Assembly: GCA_964016885.1 (NCBI GenBank) | Contig: OZ024740.1 | Location: forward strand, 364,622,001 to 364,686,000 | From: Eledone cirrhosa | Taxonomy: Eukaryota | Direction of reading: 5' to 3' | Length of the DNA stretch: 64,000 nucleotides | Shown: positions 39,301-52,667 of the stretch, piece by piece | Numbering within the stretch: position 1 is the first letter of the stretch | How the letters are laid out: each line of letters starts with the position of its first letter | Program-made: the position numbers and the translations under genes | The notes under the pieces: generated by a model | Told to the model about the DNA's origin: nothing | Databases searched by the model: none | What the model saw: the letters and a program-made list of their open reading frames with translations, nothing else

Positions 39301-41930
39301 GTATCAGTATTACCATTCTACATAGTGGGCTGTGTACATCTTATCATGGTATCAGTATTACCATTCTACATAGTGGGCTGTGTGCATCTTATCATGACAT
39401 CAGTATTACCATTCTACATAGTGTGCTGTGTACATCTTATCATGGTATCAGTATTACCATTCTACATAGTGGGCTGTGTGCATCTTATCATGACATCAGT
39501 ATTACCATTCTACATAGTGGGCTGTCTACATCTTATCATGGTATCAGTATTACCATTCTACATAGTGGGCTGTCTACATCTTATCATGACATCAGTATTA
39601 CCATTCTACATAGTGGGCTGTGTACATCTTATCATGGTATCAGTATTACCATTCTACATAGTGGGCTGTCTACATCTTATCATGGTATCAGTATTACCAT
39701 TCTACATAGTGGGCTGTGTACATCTTATCATGGCATCAGTATTACCATTCTACATAGTGGGCTGTGTACATCTTATCATGGCATCAGTATTACCATTCTA
39801 CATAGTGGGCTGTGTGCATCTTATCATGGCATCAGTATTACCATTCTACATAGTGGGCTGTGTGCATCTTATCATGGCATCAGTATTACCATTCTACATA
39901 GTGGGCTGTGTGCATCTTATCATGACATCAGTATTACCATTCTACATAGTGGGCTGTCTACATCTTATCATGGTATCAGTATTACCATTCTACATAGTGG
40001 GCTGTCTACATCTTATCATGACATCAGTATTACCATTCTACATAGTGGGCTGTGTACATCTTATCATGGTATCAGTATTACCATTCTACATAGTGGGCTG
40101 TCTACATCTTATCATGGTATCAGTATTACCATTCTACATAGTGGGCTGTGTACATCTTATCATGGCATCAGTATTACCATTCTACATAGTGGGCTGTGTA
40201 CATCTTATCATGGCATCAGTATTACCATTCTACATAGTGGGCTGTGTGCATCTTATCATGGCATCAGTATTACCATTCTACATAGTGGGCTGTGTACATC
40301 TTATCATGGCATCAGTATTACCATTCTACATAGTGGGCTGTCTACATCTTATCATGGTATCAGTATTACCATTCTACATAGTGGGCTGTCTACATCTTAT
40401 TATGGTATCAGTATTACCATTCTACATAGTGGGCTGTCTACATCTTATCATGACATCAGTATTACCATTCTACATAGTGGGCTGTGTGCATCTTATCATG
40501 ACATCAGTATTACCATTCTACATAGTGGGCTGTCTACATCTTATCATGGTATCAGTATTACCATTCTACATAGTGGGCTGTCTACATCTTATCATGACAT
40601 CAGTATTACCATTCTACATAGTGGGCTGTGTACATCTTATCATGGTATCAGTATTACCATTCTACATAGTGGGCTGTCTACATCTTATCATGGTATCAGT
40701 ATTACCATTCTACATAGTGGGCTGTGTACATCTTATCATGGCATCAGTATTACCATTCTACATAGTGGGCTGTGTACATCTTATCATGGCATCAGTATTA
40801 CCATTCTACATAGTGGGCTGTCTACATCTTATCATGGCATCAGTATTACCATTCTACATAGTGGGCTGTGTACATCTTATCATGGCATCAGTATTACCAT
40901 TCTACATAGTGGGATGTGTACATCTTATCATGGTATCAGTATTACCATTCTACATAGTGGGCTGTCTACATCTTATCATGGTATCAGTATTACCATTCTA
41001 CATAGTGGGCTGTGTACATCTTATCATGGCATCAGTATTACCATTCTACATAGTGGGCTGTGTACATCTTATCATGGCATCAGTATTACCATTCTACATA
41101 GTGGGCTGTGTACATCTTATCATGGCATCAGTATTACCATTCTACATAGTGGGCTGTGTGCATCTTATCATGGCATCAGTATTACCATTCTACATAGTGG
41201 GCTGTGTGCATCTTATCATGGCATCAGTATTACCATTCTACATAGTGGGCTGTGTACATCTTATCATGGCATCAGTATTACCATTCTACATAGTGGGCTG
41301 TGTACATCTTATCATGACATCAGTATTACCATTCTACATAGTGGGCTGTGTACATCTTATCATGGCATCAGTATTACCATTCTACATAGTGGGCTGTGTG
41401 CATCTTATCATGGCATCAGTATTACCATTCTACATAGTGGGCTGTGTACATCTTATCATGACATCAGTATTACCATTCTACATAGTGGGCTGTGTGCATC
41501 TTATCATGGCATCAGTATTAACATTCTACATAGTGGGCTGTGTACATCTTATCATGGCATCAGTATTACCATTCTACATAATGGGCTGTCTACATCTTAT
41601 CATGGTATCAGTATTACCATTCTACATAGTGGGCTGTGTGCATCTTATCATGACATCAGTATTACCATTCTACATAGTGGGCTGTGTGCATCTTATCATG
41701 GCATCAGTATTACCATTCTACATAGTGGGCTGTGTACATCTTATCATGGCATCAGTATTACCATTCTACATAGTGGGCTGTGTACATCTTATCATGGCAT
41801 CAGTATTACCATTCTACATAGTGGGCTGTGTGCATCTTATCATGGTATCAGTATTACCATTCTACATAGTAGGCTGTGTACATCTTATCATGGTATCAGC
41901 ATCGCCAATCTACATAGTGAGCTGGGTGCA
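36318..41930. repeat. 48-bp minisatellite, ~117 copies
   Basis: Unit TCAGTATTACCATTCTACATAGTGGGCTGT(G/C)T(A/G)CATCTTATCATG(GT/GC/AC)A, giving a 16-aa period in two ORF frames. Confidence 0.98.
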
Positions 41931-42039
41931 TTTGTCTATGTGCCAACACTACCCCTTTGCTACACTAGGGCATGCATTGTGCCCTCAACTTGAATTAATA
42001 TTGGTATCACGTTGAAGGAATGTGCCACTATGAAAGGCA

Positions 42040-43995
42040 ACCCTCTCTCCAAAACTGGAGGAAGCCTCCATTACAGAAGGCCTCTCTCCTTCCAATACTG
42101 GAAAAATACTCCACTGTATTCCCTACCTCCCTCCAATACTGGAGGAACACTCCAATGTAGACGACATCCCTCTCTCTCTCCCTCCCTCCCTCCCTCCCTC
42201 CAATACTGGAGGAATACTCCACTGTGAAAGACATACCTCCATCCCTCTCTCCAATCCTGGAGGAACACTCCACTGTGAAAGATATCCCTCCACCACTCTC
42301 TCCAATCCTGGAGGAACTCTCCACTGTGAAAGACATCCCTCCATCCCTCTCTCCAATACTGGAGGAACACTCCACTGTGAAAGACATCCCTCCATCCCTC
42401 TCTCCAATACTGGAGGAACTCTCCACTGTGAAAGACATCCCTCCATCCCTCTCTCCAATACTGGAAGAACACTCCACTGTGAAAGACATCCCTCCATCCC
42501 TCTCTCCAATACTGGAGGAACTCTCCACTGTGAAAGACATCCCTCCATCCCTCTCTCCAATACTGGAGGAACACTCCACTGTGAAAGACATCCCTCCATC
42601 CCTCTCTCCAATACTGGAGGAACTCTCCACTGTGAAAGACATCCCTCCATCCCTCTCTCCAATACTGGAGGAACACTCCACTGTGAAAGACATCCCTCCA
42701 TCCCTCTCTCCAATACTGGAGGAACACTCCACTATGAAAGACATCCCTCCATCCCTCTCTCCAATACTGGAGGAACACTCCACTGTGAAAGACATCCCTC
42801 CATCCCTCTCTCCAATACTGGAGGAACTCTCCACTGTGAAAGACATCCCTCCATCCCTCTCTCCAATACTGGAGGAACACTCCACTGTGAAAGACATCCC
42901 TCCATCCCTCTCTCCAATACTGGAGGAACACTCCACTGTGAAAGACATCCCTCCATCCCTCTCTCCAATACTGGAGGAACACTCCACTGTGAAAGACATC
43001 CCTCCAATACTGGAGGAACTCTCCACTGTGAAAGACAACCCTCCACCCCTCCCTCCAATACTGGAGGAACACTCCACTGTGAAAGACATCCCTCCATCCC
43101 TCTCTCCAATACTGAAGGAACACTCCACTGTGAAAGACATCCCTCCACCCCTCTCTCCAATACTGGAGGAACACTACACTGTGAAAGACATCCCTCCACC
43201 CCTCCCTCCAATACTGGAGGAACACTACACTGTGAAAGACATCCCTCCATCCCTCTCTCCAATCCTGGAGGAACACTCCACTGTGAAAGACATCCCTCCA
43301 ATACTGGAGGAACACTCCACTGTGAAAGACATCTCTTCCTCCAATACTGGAGGAACACTCCACTGTGAAAGACATCCCTCCAATACTGGAGGAACAGTCC
43401 ACTGTGAAAGACATCCCTCCATCTCTCTCTCCAATACTGGAGGAACACTCCACTGTGAAAGACATCCCTCCATCTCTCTCTCCAATACTGGAGGAACACT
43501 CCACTGTGAAAGACATCCCTCCACCCCTGCCTCCAATACTGGAGGAACACTCCACTGTGAAAGACATACCTCCATCCCTCCCTCCAATACTGGAGGAACA
43601 CTCCACTGTGAAAGACATCCCTCCAATACTGGAGGAACACTCCACTGTGAAAGACATCCCTCCCTCCAATACTGGAGGAACACTCCACTGTGAAAGACAT
43701 CCCTCCCTCCAATACTGGAGGAACACTCCACTGTGAAAGACATCCCTCCCTCCAATACTGGAGGAACTCTCCACTGTGAAAGACATCCCTCCATCCCTCT
43801 CTCCAATACTGGAGGAACACTCTACTGTGAAAGGTATCCCTCCATCTCTCCCTCCAATACTGGAGGAACACTCCACTGTGAAAGACATCCCTCCATCCCT
43901 CCCTCCAATACTGGAGGAACACTCCACTGTTAAAGGCTTCCTTCCATCCCTCCTGCCACTACTTGACGAACACTCCACTGTTAAAGGCTTCCCTC
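42040..43995. repeat. 51-bp minisatellite with 39- and 43-bp deletion variants, ~35-40 copies
   Basis: Unit AAAGACATCCCTCCATCCCTCTCTCCAATACTGGAGGAACACTCCACTGTG, giving a 17-aa period. Confidence 0.97.
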
Positions 43996-44244
43996 ATGTA
44001 TTCTGTCTTAACCAAAAAAATCCATTTTTTCTTTATTTACTATGACAGAGAAACCTATGAAAAGAGAATTGCAATTTGGTAGAAGTAGGACTTAAAATTA
44101 TATTTCAATGGAATAACTATGAGTTGCGTCTGTGTGTGTACACCGGCATTCTGTTGTTTGTGTTTATGTGCTCTGCATGTGTATTGTGTATGTGTGCTCT
44201 GCATTTATGTTGTGTATGTGTGCTCTGCATTTATGTTGTGTGTG

Positions 44245-47200
44245 TGTGTGTGTGTCTATCTGTGATAGTGTGGTGTGTGTGTCTGTGATAGTGTGGTGTG
44301 TGTGTGTCTATGTGTGATAGTGTGGTGTGTGTGTGTGTCTATGTGTGATAGTGTGGTGTGTGTGTGTGTCTATGTGTGATAGTGTGGTGTGTGTGTGTGT
44401 CTATCTGTGATAGTGTGGTGTGTATGTGTGTCTGTGCGATAGTGTGGTGTGTGTCTATGTGTGATAGTGTGGTGTGTGTGTATCTATGTGTGATAGTGTG
44501 GTGTGTGTGTGTCTATCTGTGATAGTGTGGTGTGTGTGTGTCTATGTGTGATAGTGTGGTGTGTGTGTATCTATGTGTGATAGTGTGGTGTGTGTGTGTC
44601 TATCTGTGATAGTGTGGTGTGTGTGTGTGTCTATGTGTGATAGTGTGGTGTGTGTGTGTCTATGTGTGATAGTGTGGTGTGTGTGTATCTATGTGTGATA
44701 GTGTGGTGTGTGTGTGTCTATCTGTGATAGTGTGGTGTGTGTGTGTCTATCTGTGATAGTATGGTGTGTGTGTGTCTATGTGTGATAGTGTGGTGTGTGT
44801 GTGTGTCTATGTGTGATAGTGTGGTGTGTGTGTGTCTATCTGCGATAGTGTGGTGTGTGTGTGTGTCTATGTGTGATAGTGTGGTGTGTGTGTGTCTATC
44901 TGTGACAGTGTGGTGTGTGTCTGTGATAGTGTAGTGTGTGTCTGTGATAGTGTAGTGTGTGTGTGTGATAGTGTAGTGTGTGTCTGTGATAGTGTAGTGT
45001 GTGTCTGTGATAGTGTAGTGTGTGTCTGATAGTGTAGTGTGTGTGTGTCTGTAATAGTGTAGTGTGTGTGTGTGATAGTGTAGTATGTGTCTGTGATAGT
45101 GTAGTGTGTGTCTGTGATAGTGTAGTGTGTGTCTGTGATAGTGTAGTATGTGTCTGTGATAGTGTTATGTGTGTGTGTGTCTGTGATAGTGTAGTGTGTG
45201 TGTCTGTGATAGTGTTATGTGTGTGTGTGTGATAGTGTTATGTGTGTGTGTGATAGTGTAGTATGTGTCTGTGATAGTGTTATGTGTGTGTGTCTATGTG
45301 TGATAGTGTGGTGTGTGTGTGTGTGATAGTGTGGTGTGTGTGTGTGTGTCTATGTGTGATAGTGTGGTGTGTGTGTGTCTATCTGTGACTGTGTGGTGTG
45401 TGTGTGTGTCTGTGATAGTGTAGTATGTGTCTGTGATAGTGTAGTGTGTGTGTGTGATAGTGTGGTGTGTGTCTGTGATAGTGTAGTGTGTGTCTGTGAT
45501 AGTGTAGTATGTGTCTGTGATAGTGTAGTATGTGTCTGTGATAGTGTAGTGTGTGTCTGTGATAGTGTAGTATGTGTCTGTGATAGTGTAGTGTGTGTCT
45601 GTGATAGTGTAGTATGTGTCTGTGATAGTGTAGTGTGTGTCTGTGATAGTGTAGTATGTGTCTGTGATAGTGTAGTGTGTGTCTGTGATAGTGTAGTGTG
45701 TGTCTGTGATAGTGTAGTGTGTGTGTGTGATAGTGTAGTGTGTGTCTGTGATAGTGTTATGTGTGTGTGTGATAGTGTAGTATGTGTCTGTGATAGTGTA
45801 GTATGTGTCTGTGATAGTGTAGTGTGTGTCTGTGATAGTGTAGTGTGTGTCTGTGATAGTGTTATGTGTGTCTGTGATAGTGTAGTATGTGTCTGTGATA
45901 GTGTAGTGTGTTTCTGTGATAGTGTAGTGTGTGTGTCTGTGATAGTGTAGTGTGTTTCTGTGATAGTGTTATGTGTGTGTGTGTCTGTGATAGTGTAGTG
46001 TGTGTCTGTGATAGTGTAGTGTGTGTCTGTGATAGTGTAGTATGTGTCTGTGATAGTGTAGTGTGTGTCTGTGATAGTGTAGTATGTGTCTGTGATAGTG
46101 TAGTGTGTGTGTGTCTATGTGTGATAGTGTGGTGTGTGTGTATCTATGTGTGATAGTGTGGTGTGTGTGTGTCTATCTGTGATAGTGTGGTGTGTGTGTG
46201 TCTATCTGTGATAGTATGGTGTGTGTGTGTCTATGTGTGATAGTGTGGTGTGTGTGTGTGTCTATGTGTGATAGTGTGGTGTGTGTGTGTCTATCTGTGA
46301 TAGTGTGGTGTGTGTGTGTGTCTATGTGTGATAGTGTGGTGTGTGTGTGTCTATCTGTGACAGTGTAGTGTGTGTCTGTGATAGTGTAGTGTGTGTGTGT
46401 GATAGTGTAGTGTGTGTCTGTGATAGTGTAGTGTGTGTCTGTGATAGTGTAGTGTGTGTCTGATAGTGTAGTGTGTGTGTGATAGTGTAGTGTGTGTCTG
46501 TGATAGTGTAGTGTGTGTGTGTGTGATAGTGTAGTGTGTGTCTGTGATAGTGTAGTATGTGTCTGTGATAGTGTAGTGTGTGTCTGTGATAGTGTAGTGT
46601 GTGTCTGTGATAGTGTAGTATGTGTCTGTGATAGTGTTATGTGTGTGTGTGTCTGTGTGTCTGTGATAGTGTTATGTGTGTGTGATAGTGTAGTATGTGT
46701 CTGTGATAGTGTAGTGTGTGTCTGTGATAGTGTTATGTGTGTGTGATAGTGTAGTGTGTGTCTGTGATAGTGTAGTGTGTGTCTGTGATAGTGTAGTATG
46801 TGTCTGTGATAGTGTAGTGTGTGTCTGTGATAGTGTAGTATGTGTCTGTGATAGTGTAGTGTGTGTCTGTGATAGTGTAGTGTGTGTCTGTGATAGTGTA
46901 GTGGGTGTCTGTGATAGTGTTATGTGTGTGTGATAGTGTAGTGTGTGTCTGTGATAGTGTTATGTGTGTGTGTGATAGTGTAGTATGTGTCTGTGATAGT
47001 GTAGTGTGTGTCTGTGATAGTGTAGTGTGTGTCTGTGATAGTGTTATTTGTGTCTGTGATAGTGTAGTATGTGTCTGTGATAGTGTAGTATGTGTCTGTG
47101 ATAGTGTAGTGTGTTTCTGTGATAGTGTAGTGTGTGTGTCTGTGATAGTGTAGTGTGTGTTTGTGATAGTGTAGTGTGTGTCTGTGATAGTGTAGTGTGT

Positions 47201-50200
47201 GTCTGTGATAGTGTTATGTGTGTGTGTGATAGTGTAGTGTGTGTGTGTGATAGTGTGGTGTGTGTCTGTGATAGTGTAGTGTGTGTCTGTGATAGTGTAG
47301 TGTGTGTCTGTGATAGTGTAGTATGTGTCTGTGATAGTGTAGTGTGTGTCTGTGATAGTGTAGTATGTGTCTGTGATAGTGTAGTGTGTGTGTCTGTGAT
47401 AGTGTAGTGTGTGTGTCTGTGATAGTGTTATGTGTGTGTGTGATAGTGTAGTGTGTGTCTGTGATAGTGTAGTGTGTGTCTGTGATAGTGTAGTATGTGT
47501 CTGTGATAGTGTAGAGTGTGTCTGTGATAGTGTAGTATGTGTCTGTGATAGTGTAGTGTGTGTCTGTGATAGTGTAGTATGTGTCTGTGATAGTGTAGTG
47601 TGTGTCTGTGATAGTGTAGTATGTGTCTGTGATAGTGTAGTATGTGTCTGTGATAGTGTAGTGTGTGTCTGTGATAGTGTAGTGTGTGTCTGTGATAGTG
47701 TTATGTGTGTCTGTGATAGTGTTATGTGTGTGTGTGATAGTGTAGTGTGCGTCTGTGATAGTGTGGTGTGTGTCTGTGATAGTGTAGTGTGTGTCTGTGA
47801 TAGGGTAGTGTGTGTCTGTGATAGTGTTATGTGTGTGATAGTGTTATGTGTCTGTGATAGTGTAATGTGTGTCTGTGATAGTGTAGTGTGTGTCTGTGAT
47901 AGTGTGTGTGTGTGATAGTGTTATGTGTCTGTGATAGTGTAGTGTGTGTGTGTGATAGTGTTATGTGTCTGTGATAGTGTAGTGTGTGTCTGTGATAGTG
48001 TTATGTGTGTGATAGTGTATTATGTGTCTGTGATAGTGTTATATTGTGTGTGATAGTGTAGTGTGTGTCTGTGATAGTGTAGTGTGTGTCTGTGATAGTG
48101 TAGTGTGTGTGTCTGTGATAGTGTTATGTGTGTGATAGTGTAGTGTGTCTCTGTGATAGTGTAGTGTGTGTGTCTGTGATAGTGTTATGTGTGTGTGTGA
48201 TAGTGTAGTGAGTGTGTCTGATAGTGTTATGTGTGTGTGTGATAGTGTAGTGTGTGTCTGTGATAGTGTAGTATGTGTGTGTGATAGTGTAGTGTGTGTC
48301 TCTGATAGTGTTATGTGTGTGTGCGATAGTGTAGTGTGTGTCTGTGAAAGTGTTATGTGTGTCTGTGATAGTGCAGTGTGTGTCTGTGATAGTGTAGTGT
48401 GTGTGTCTGTGATAGTGTTATGTGTGTGTGTGTCTGTGATATTGTAGTGTGTGTCTGTGATAGTGTTATGTGTGTGTGTGATAGTGTAGTGTGTGTCTGG
48501 GATAGTGCAGTATGTGTCTGTGATAGTGTAGTGTGTGTGTGTGATAGTGTAGTGTGTGTCTGTGATAGTGTTATGTGTGTGTGATAGTGTAGTGTGTGTC
48601 TGTGATAGTGTAGTGTGTGTCTGTGATAGTGTAGTGTGCGTCTGTGATAGTGTGGTGTGTGTCTATGTGTGATAGTGTGGTGTGTGTGTATCTATGTGTG
48701 ATAGTGTGGTGTGTGTGTGTCTATCTGTAATAGTGTGGTATGTGTTTGTCTATCTGTGATAGTGTGGTGTGTGTGTGTGTCTATGTGTGATAGTGTGGTG
48801 TGTGTGTGTCTATCTGTGACAGTGTGGTGTGTGTGTGTGTGTCTGTGATAGTGTAGTGTGTGTCTGTGATAGTGTGGTGTGTGTCTGTGATAGTGTAGTG
48901 TGTGTCTGTGATAGTGTTATGTGTGTGTGTGTCTGTGATAGTGTAGTGTGTGTCTGTGATAGTGTTATGTGTGTGTGTGATAGTGTAGTGTGTGTCTGTG
49001 ATAGTGTAGTATGTGTCTGTGATAGTGTAGTGTGTGTCTGTGATAGTGTAGTGTGTGTCTGTGATAGTGTAGTGTGTGTCTGTGATAGTGTAGTATGTGT
49101 CTGTGATAGTGTAGTGTGTGTCTGTGATAGTGTAGTGTGTGTGTCTGTGATAGTGTTATGTGTGTCTGTGATAGTGTAGTGTGTGTCTGTGATAGTGTTA
49201 TGTGTGTGTGTGATAGTGTAGTGTGTGTCTGTGATAGTGTAGTGTGTGTCTGTGATAGTGTTATGTGTGTGTGTGATAGTGTAGTGTGTGTCTGTGATAG
49301 TGTAGTATGTGTGTGTGATAGTGTAGTGTGTGTCTGTGATAGTGTGGTGTGTGTCTGTGATAGTGTAGTGTGTGTCTGTGATAGTGTAGTATGTGTCTGT
49401 GATAGTGTAGTGTGTGTCTGTGATAGTGTTATGTGTGTGTGTGATAGTGTTATGTGTCTGTGATAGTGTAGTGTGTGTCTGTGATAGTGTAGTGTGTGTG
49501 TGTGATAGTGTAGTGTGTGTCTGTGATAGTGTTATGTGTGTGTGTGTGATAGTGTTATGTGTCTGTGATAGTGTAGTGTGTGTCTGTGATAGTGTTATGT
49601 GTGTGTGTGATAGTGTAGTGTGTGTCTGTGATAATGTAGTGTGTGTGTCTGTGATAGTATTATGTGTGTGTGTGATAGTGTTATGTGTGTCTGTGATAGT
49701 GTAGTGTGTCTGTGATAGTGTAGTGTGTGTGTGTGTCTGTGATAATGTTATGTGTGTGTGTGATAGTGTAGTGTGTGTCTATGATAGTGTAGTATGTGTC
49801 TGTGATAGTGTAGTATGTGTCTGTGATAGTGTAGTGTGTGTCTGTGATAGTGTAGTGTGTGTGTCTGTGATAGTGTTATGTGTGTGTGTGATATTGTAGT
49901 GTGTGTCTGTGATAGTGTAGTGTGTGTCTGTGATAGTGTAGTGTGTGTCTGTGATAGTGTAGTGTGTGTCTGTGATAGTGTAGTGTGTGTGTCTGTGATA
50001 GTGTTATGTGTGTGTGTGATAGTGTAGTGTGTGTCTGTGAAAGTGTTATGTGTGTCTGTGATAGTGTAGTGTGTGTCTGTGATAGTGTAGTGTGTGTCTG
50101 TGATAGTGTAGTGTGTGTGTGTGTCTGTGATAGTGTTATGTGTGTGTCTATGATAGTGTAGTATGTGTCTATGATAGTGTTATGTGTGTGTGATAGTGTA

Positions 50201-51513
50201 GTATGTGTCTGTGATAGTGTAGTGTGTGTCTGTGATAGTGTTATGTGTGTGTGTGATAGTGTAGTGTGTGTCTGTGATAGTGTAGTGTGTGTCTGTGATA
50301 ATGTAGTGTGTGTCTATGATAGTGTAGTGTGTGTGTCTGTGATAGTATTATGTGTGTGTGTGATAGTGTAGTGTGTGTCTGTGAAAGTGTTATGTGTGTC
50401 TGTGATAGTGTAGTGTGTGTGTGTGTCTGTGATAGTGTTATGTGTGTGTGTGATAGTGTAGTGTGTGTCTATGATAGTGTAGTATGTGTCTGTGATAGTG
50501 TAGTATGTGTCTGTGATAGTGTAGTGTGTGTCTGTGATAGTGTAGTGTGTGTGTCTGTGATAGTGTTATGTGTGTGTGTGTGATATTGTAGTGTGTGTCT
50601 GTGATAGTGTAGTGTGTGTCTGTGATAGTGTAGTGTGTGTCTGTGATAGTGTAGTGTGTGTCTGTGATAGTGTAGTGTGTGTGTCTGTGATAGTGTTATG
50701 TGTGTGTCTGTGAAAGTGTTATGTGTGTCTGTGAAAGTGTTATGTGTGTCTGTGATAGTGTAGTGTGTGTCTGTGATAGTGTAGTGTGTGTCTGTGATAG
50801 TGTAGTGTGTGTGTGTGTCTGTGATAGTGTTATGTGTGTGTCTATGATAGTGAAGTATGTGTCTATGATAGTGTTATGTGTGTGTGATAGTGTAGTATGT
50901 GTCTGTGATAGTGTAGTGTGTGTCTGTGATAGTGTAGTGTGTGTCTGTGATAGTGTTATGTGTGTGTGTGATAGTGTAGTGTGTGTCTGTGATAGTGTAG
51001 TCTGCGTCTGTGATAGTGTGGTGTGTGTCTGTGATAGTGTAGTGTGTGTGTCTGTGATAGTGTTATGTGTGTCTGTGATAGTGTAGTGTGTGTCTGTGAT
51101 AGTGTTATGTGTGTGTCTGTGATAGTGTTATGTGTGTGTCTGTGATACTGTTATGTGTGTCTGTGATAGTGTAGTGTGTGTCTGTGATAGTGTAGTGCGT
51201 GTGTCTGTGAAAGTGTTATGTGTGTCTGTGAAAGTGTTATGTGTGTCTGTGATAGTGTAGTATGTGTCTGTGATAGTGTTATGTGTGTGTGATAGTGTAG
51301 TGTGTGTGTGTGTCTGAAAGTGTAGTGTGCGTCTGTGATAGTGTAGTATGTGTCTGTGATAGTGTAGTGTGTGTGTGTGATAGTGTAGTGTGTGTCTGTG
51401 ATAGTGTTATGTGTGTGTGATAGTGTAGTGTTTGTGATAGTGTAGTGTGTGTGTGTGATAGTGTAGTGTTGTGTGTGATAGTGTAGTGTGTATGTGTCTG
51501 TGATAGTGTGGTG
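44245..51513. repeat. TG-rich ~21-bp satellite, ~7.3 kb
   Basis: Unit TGTGATAGTGTAGTGTGTGTC with variable (TG)n length, giving a CDSVVCV period. Confidence 0.97.
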
Positions 51514-51519
51514 TTAGCT

Positions 51520-51640
51520 TAGCCTTTCATCCTTACAGGGTCGATAAATAAAGCACCAGTAATGCACTGGTGTCGATTTAATCGATTTTCCCCTCCCCTT
51601 TAAATTGCTGGCCTTGTGCCCAAAGTAGAAACAAATTATT
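51520..51640 (+). mobile_element. SINE family B 3' half, bordering the satellite
   Basis: GCCTTTCATCCTTACAGGGTCGATAAA...GTAGAAACAAATTATT. Confidence 0.8.
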
Positions 51641-51827
51641 ATGGTCATTGGCGGTGGGATGCACACATTTTCAGAGTTTAAATTTTGCCATTGCTTCTTA
51701 AGTTAACTGCTTTGTTTATATTTCTATATATTATATTCTCAGTTATGTTTTCTAACTATCAGTGACACCCGGGGAGGGAAGAACAGTCACACCCATTTCT
51801 CCCCATTTTCCTTTATAGCAATTCTTT

Positions 51828-52030
51828 CCTATCACTACAACCATCATAATTATCACTATCACTACCACCACCATCATTACCACTACCACCATCATTACTA
51901 TCAATACCACTACTATCACCATTACTACCATCACTACTATCAACATCACTATTACCATCACCACCAATACCACTAACATCCCTCACCACCATAACTACTA
52001 CTATCACTACCACAACCATCACCTATCATT
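51828..52030. repeat. Degenerate (ACC/ACT/ATC)n trinucleotide tract
   Basis: Directly visible. Confidence 0.85.
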
Positions 52031-52151
52031 TTCATCAACAGCAGAGTGTACTGGGTGGTGATATCTATTATATAACAGTTTCATATATATATATTGCACC
52101 CTTGCAAGCAGGGAAAAAGCAGACGTAAAAAACGAAATGAAAAAATGAAAA

Positions 52152-52192
<41 letters not shown>

Positions 52193-52272
52193 AGATAAGC
52201 AGAACAATCAAAATTCAAACAATTTTTTTAAATAAATTAAAAAATATAATTTAAATATTTACCTACTCCAGT

Positions 52273-52356
52273 TGCTTTTACCGATCGGTTTCCCTTTACA
52301 AAACATTAGAAATCCATGGGGACCTCCAATGGAAAAGTCAAGTTCATCAGAAAGCA
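52273..52356 (-). ncRNA. Type I hammerhead ribozyme motif with long stem II (family H4)
   Basis: Reverse complement TGCTTT-CTGATGA-ACTTGAC...GTAAAGG-GAAA-CCGATCGG-TA-AAAGCA, with perfect palindromic stem III ACCGATCGGT and a GUA triplet. Confidence 0.82.
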
Positions 52357-52453
52357 TTTTCCTTTCCTAGGACTAAAAGTCCCAGGAACGGCAAAATATA
52401 TTGCCATATGCCAGCTAGCACAGGATCTATATATATATATATATATATATTTA

Positions 52454-52539
52454 TTAAAATAACAGAAACTCAAGTTTCAGAAGATCCCGTTAAGGGTGAA
52501 AGCAGCGATTCTTTGCTAAACTTTTATCTGTTATTTTAA
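52454..52539 (+). ncRNA. Hammerhead-like motif, CAGANGA variant (family H2)
   Basis: TTAAAATAACAGA..AAGTTT-CAGAAGA-TCCCGTTAAGGGT-GAAA-GCAGCGATTCTTTGC-TA-AACTT..TCTGTTATTTTAA, with an extended stem I. Confidence 0.6.
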
Positions 52540-52629
52540 AAAATATTTGCTCTACGGTTCTTATATATTTGATATATATTTATCCTTATCGAGCCCTCTT
52601 TGGATTTTAGTCTTCACATTTATTATTAT

Positions 52630-52659
<30 letters not shown>

Positions 52660-52667
<8 letters not shown>

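Noticed and set aside
35764-42015. 2083-aa and 1938-aa ORFs as real genes
   Set aside because: They are translations of a stop-free 48-bp tandem unit derived from a SINE module, entered through (CA)n and SINE sequence. Overlapping frames are both open and there is no domain content.
36318-43995. CRISPR array
   Set aside because: The units are contiguous with no unique spacers, there are no cas genes, and the context is eukaryotic.
42028-44045. Overlapping 370-635 aa ORFs on both strands
   Set aside because: They are products of the 51-bp array, and deletion variants shift frame freely.
44245-51513. Cys/Val-rich CDSVVCV ORFs as a metallothionein- or keratin-like protein
   Set aside because: This is a TG-rich satellite with frequent 2-bp slippage frameshifts.
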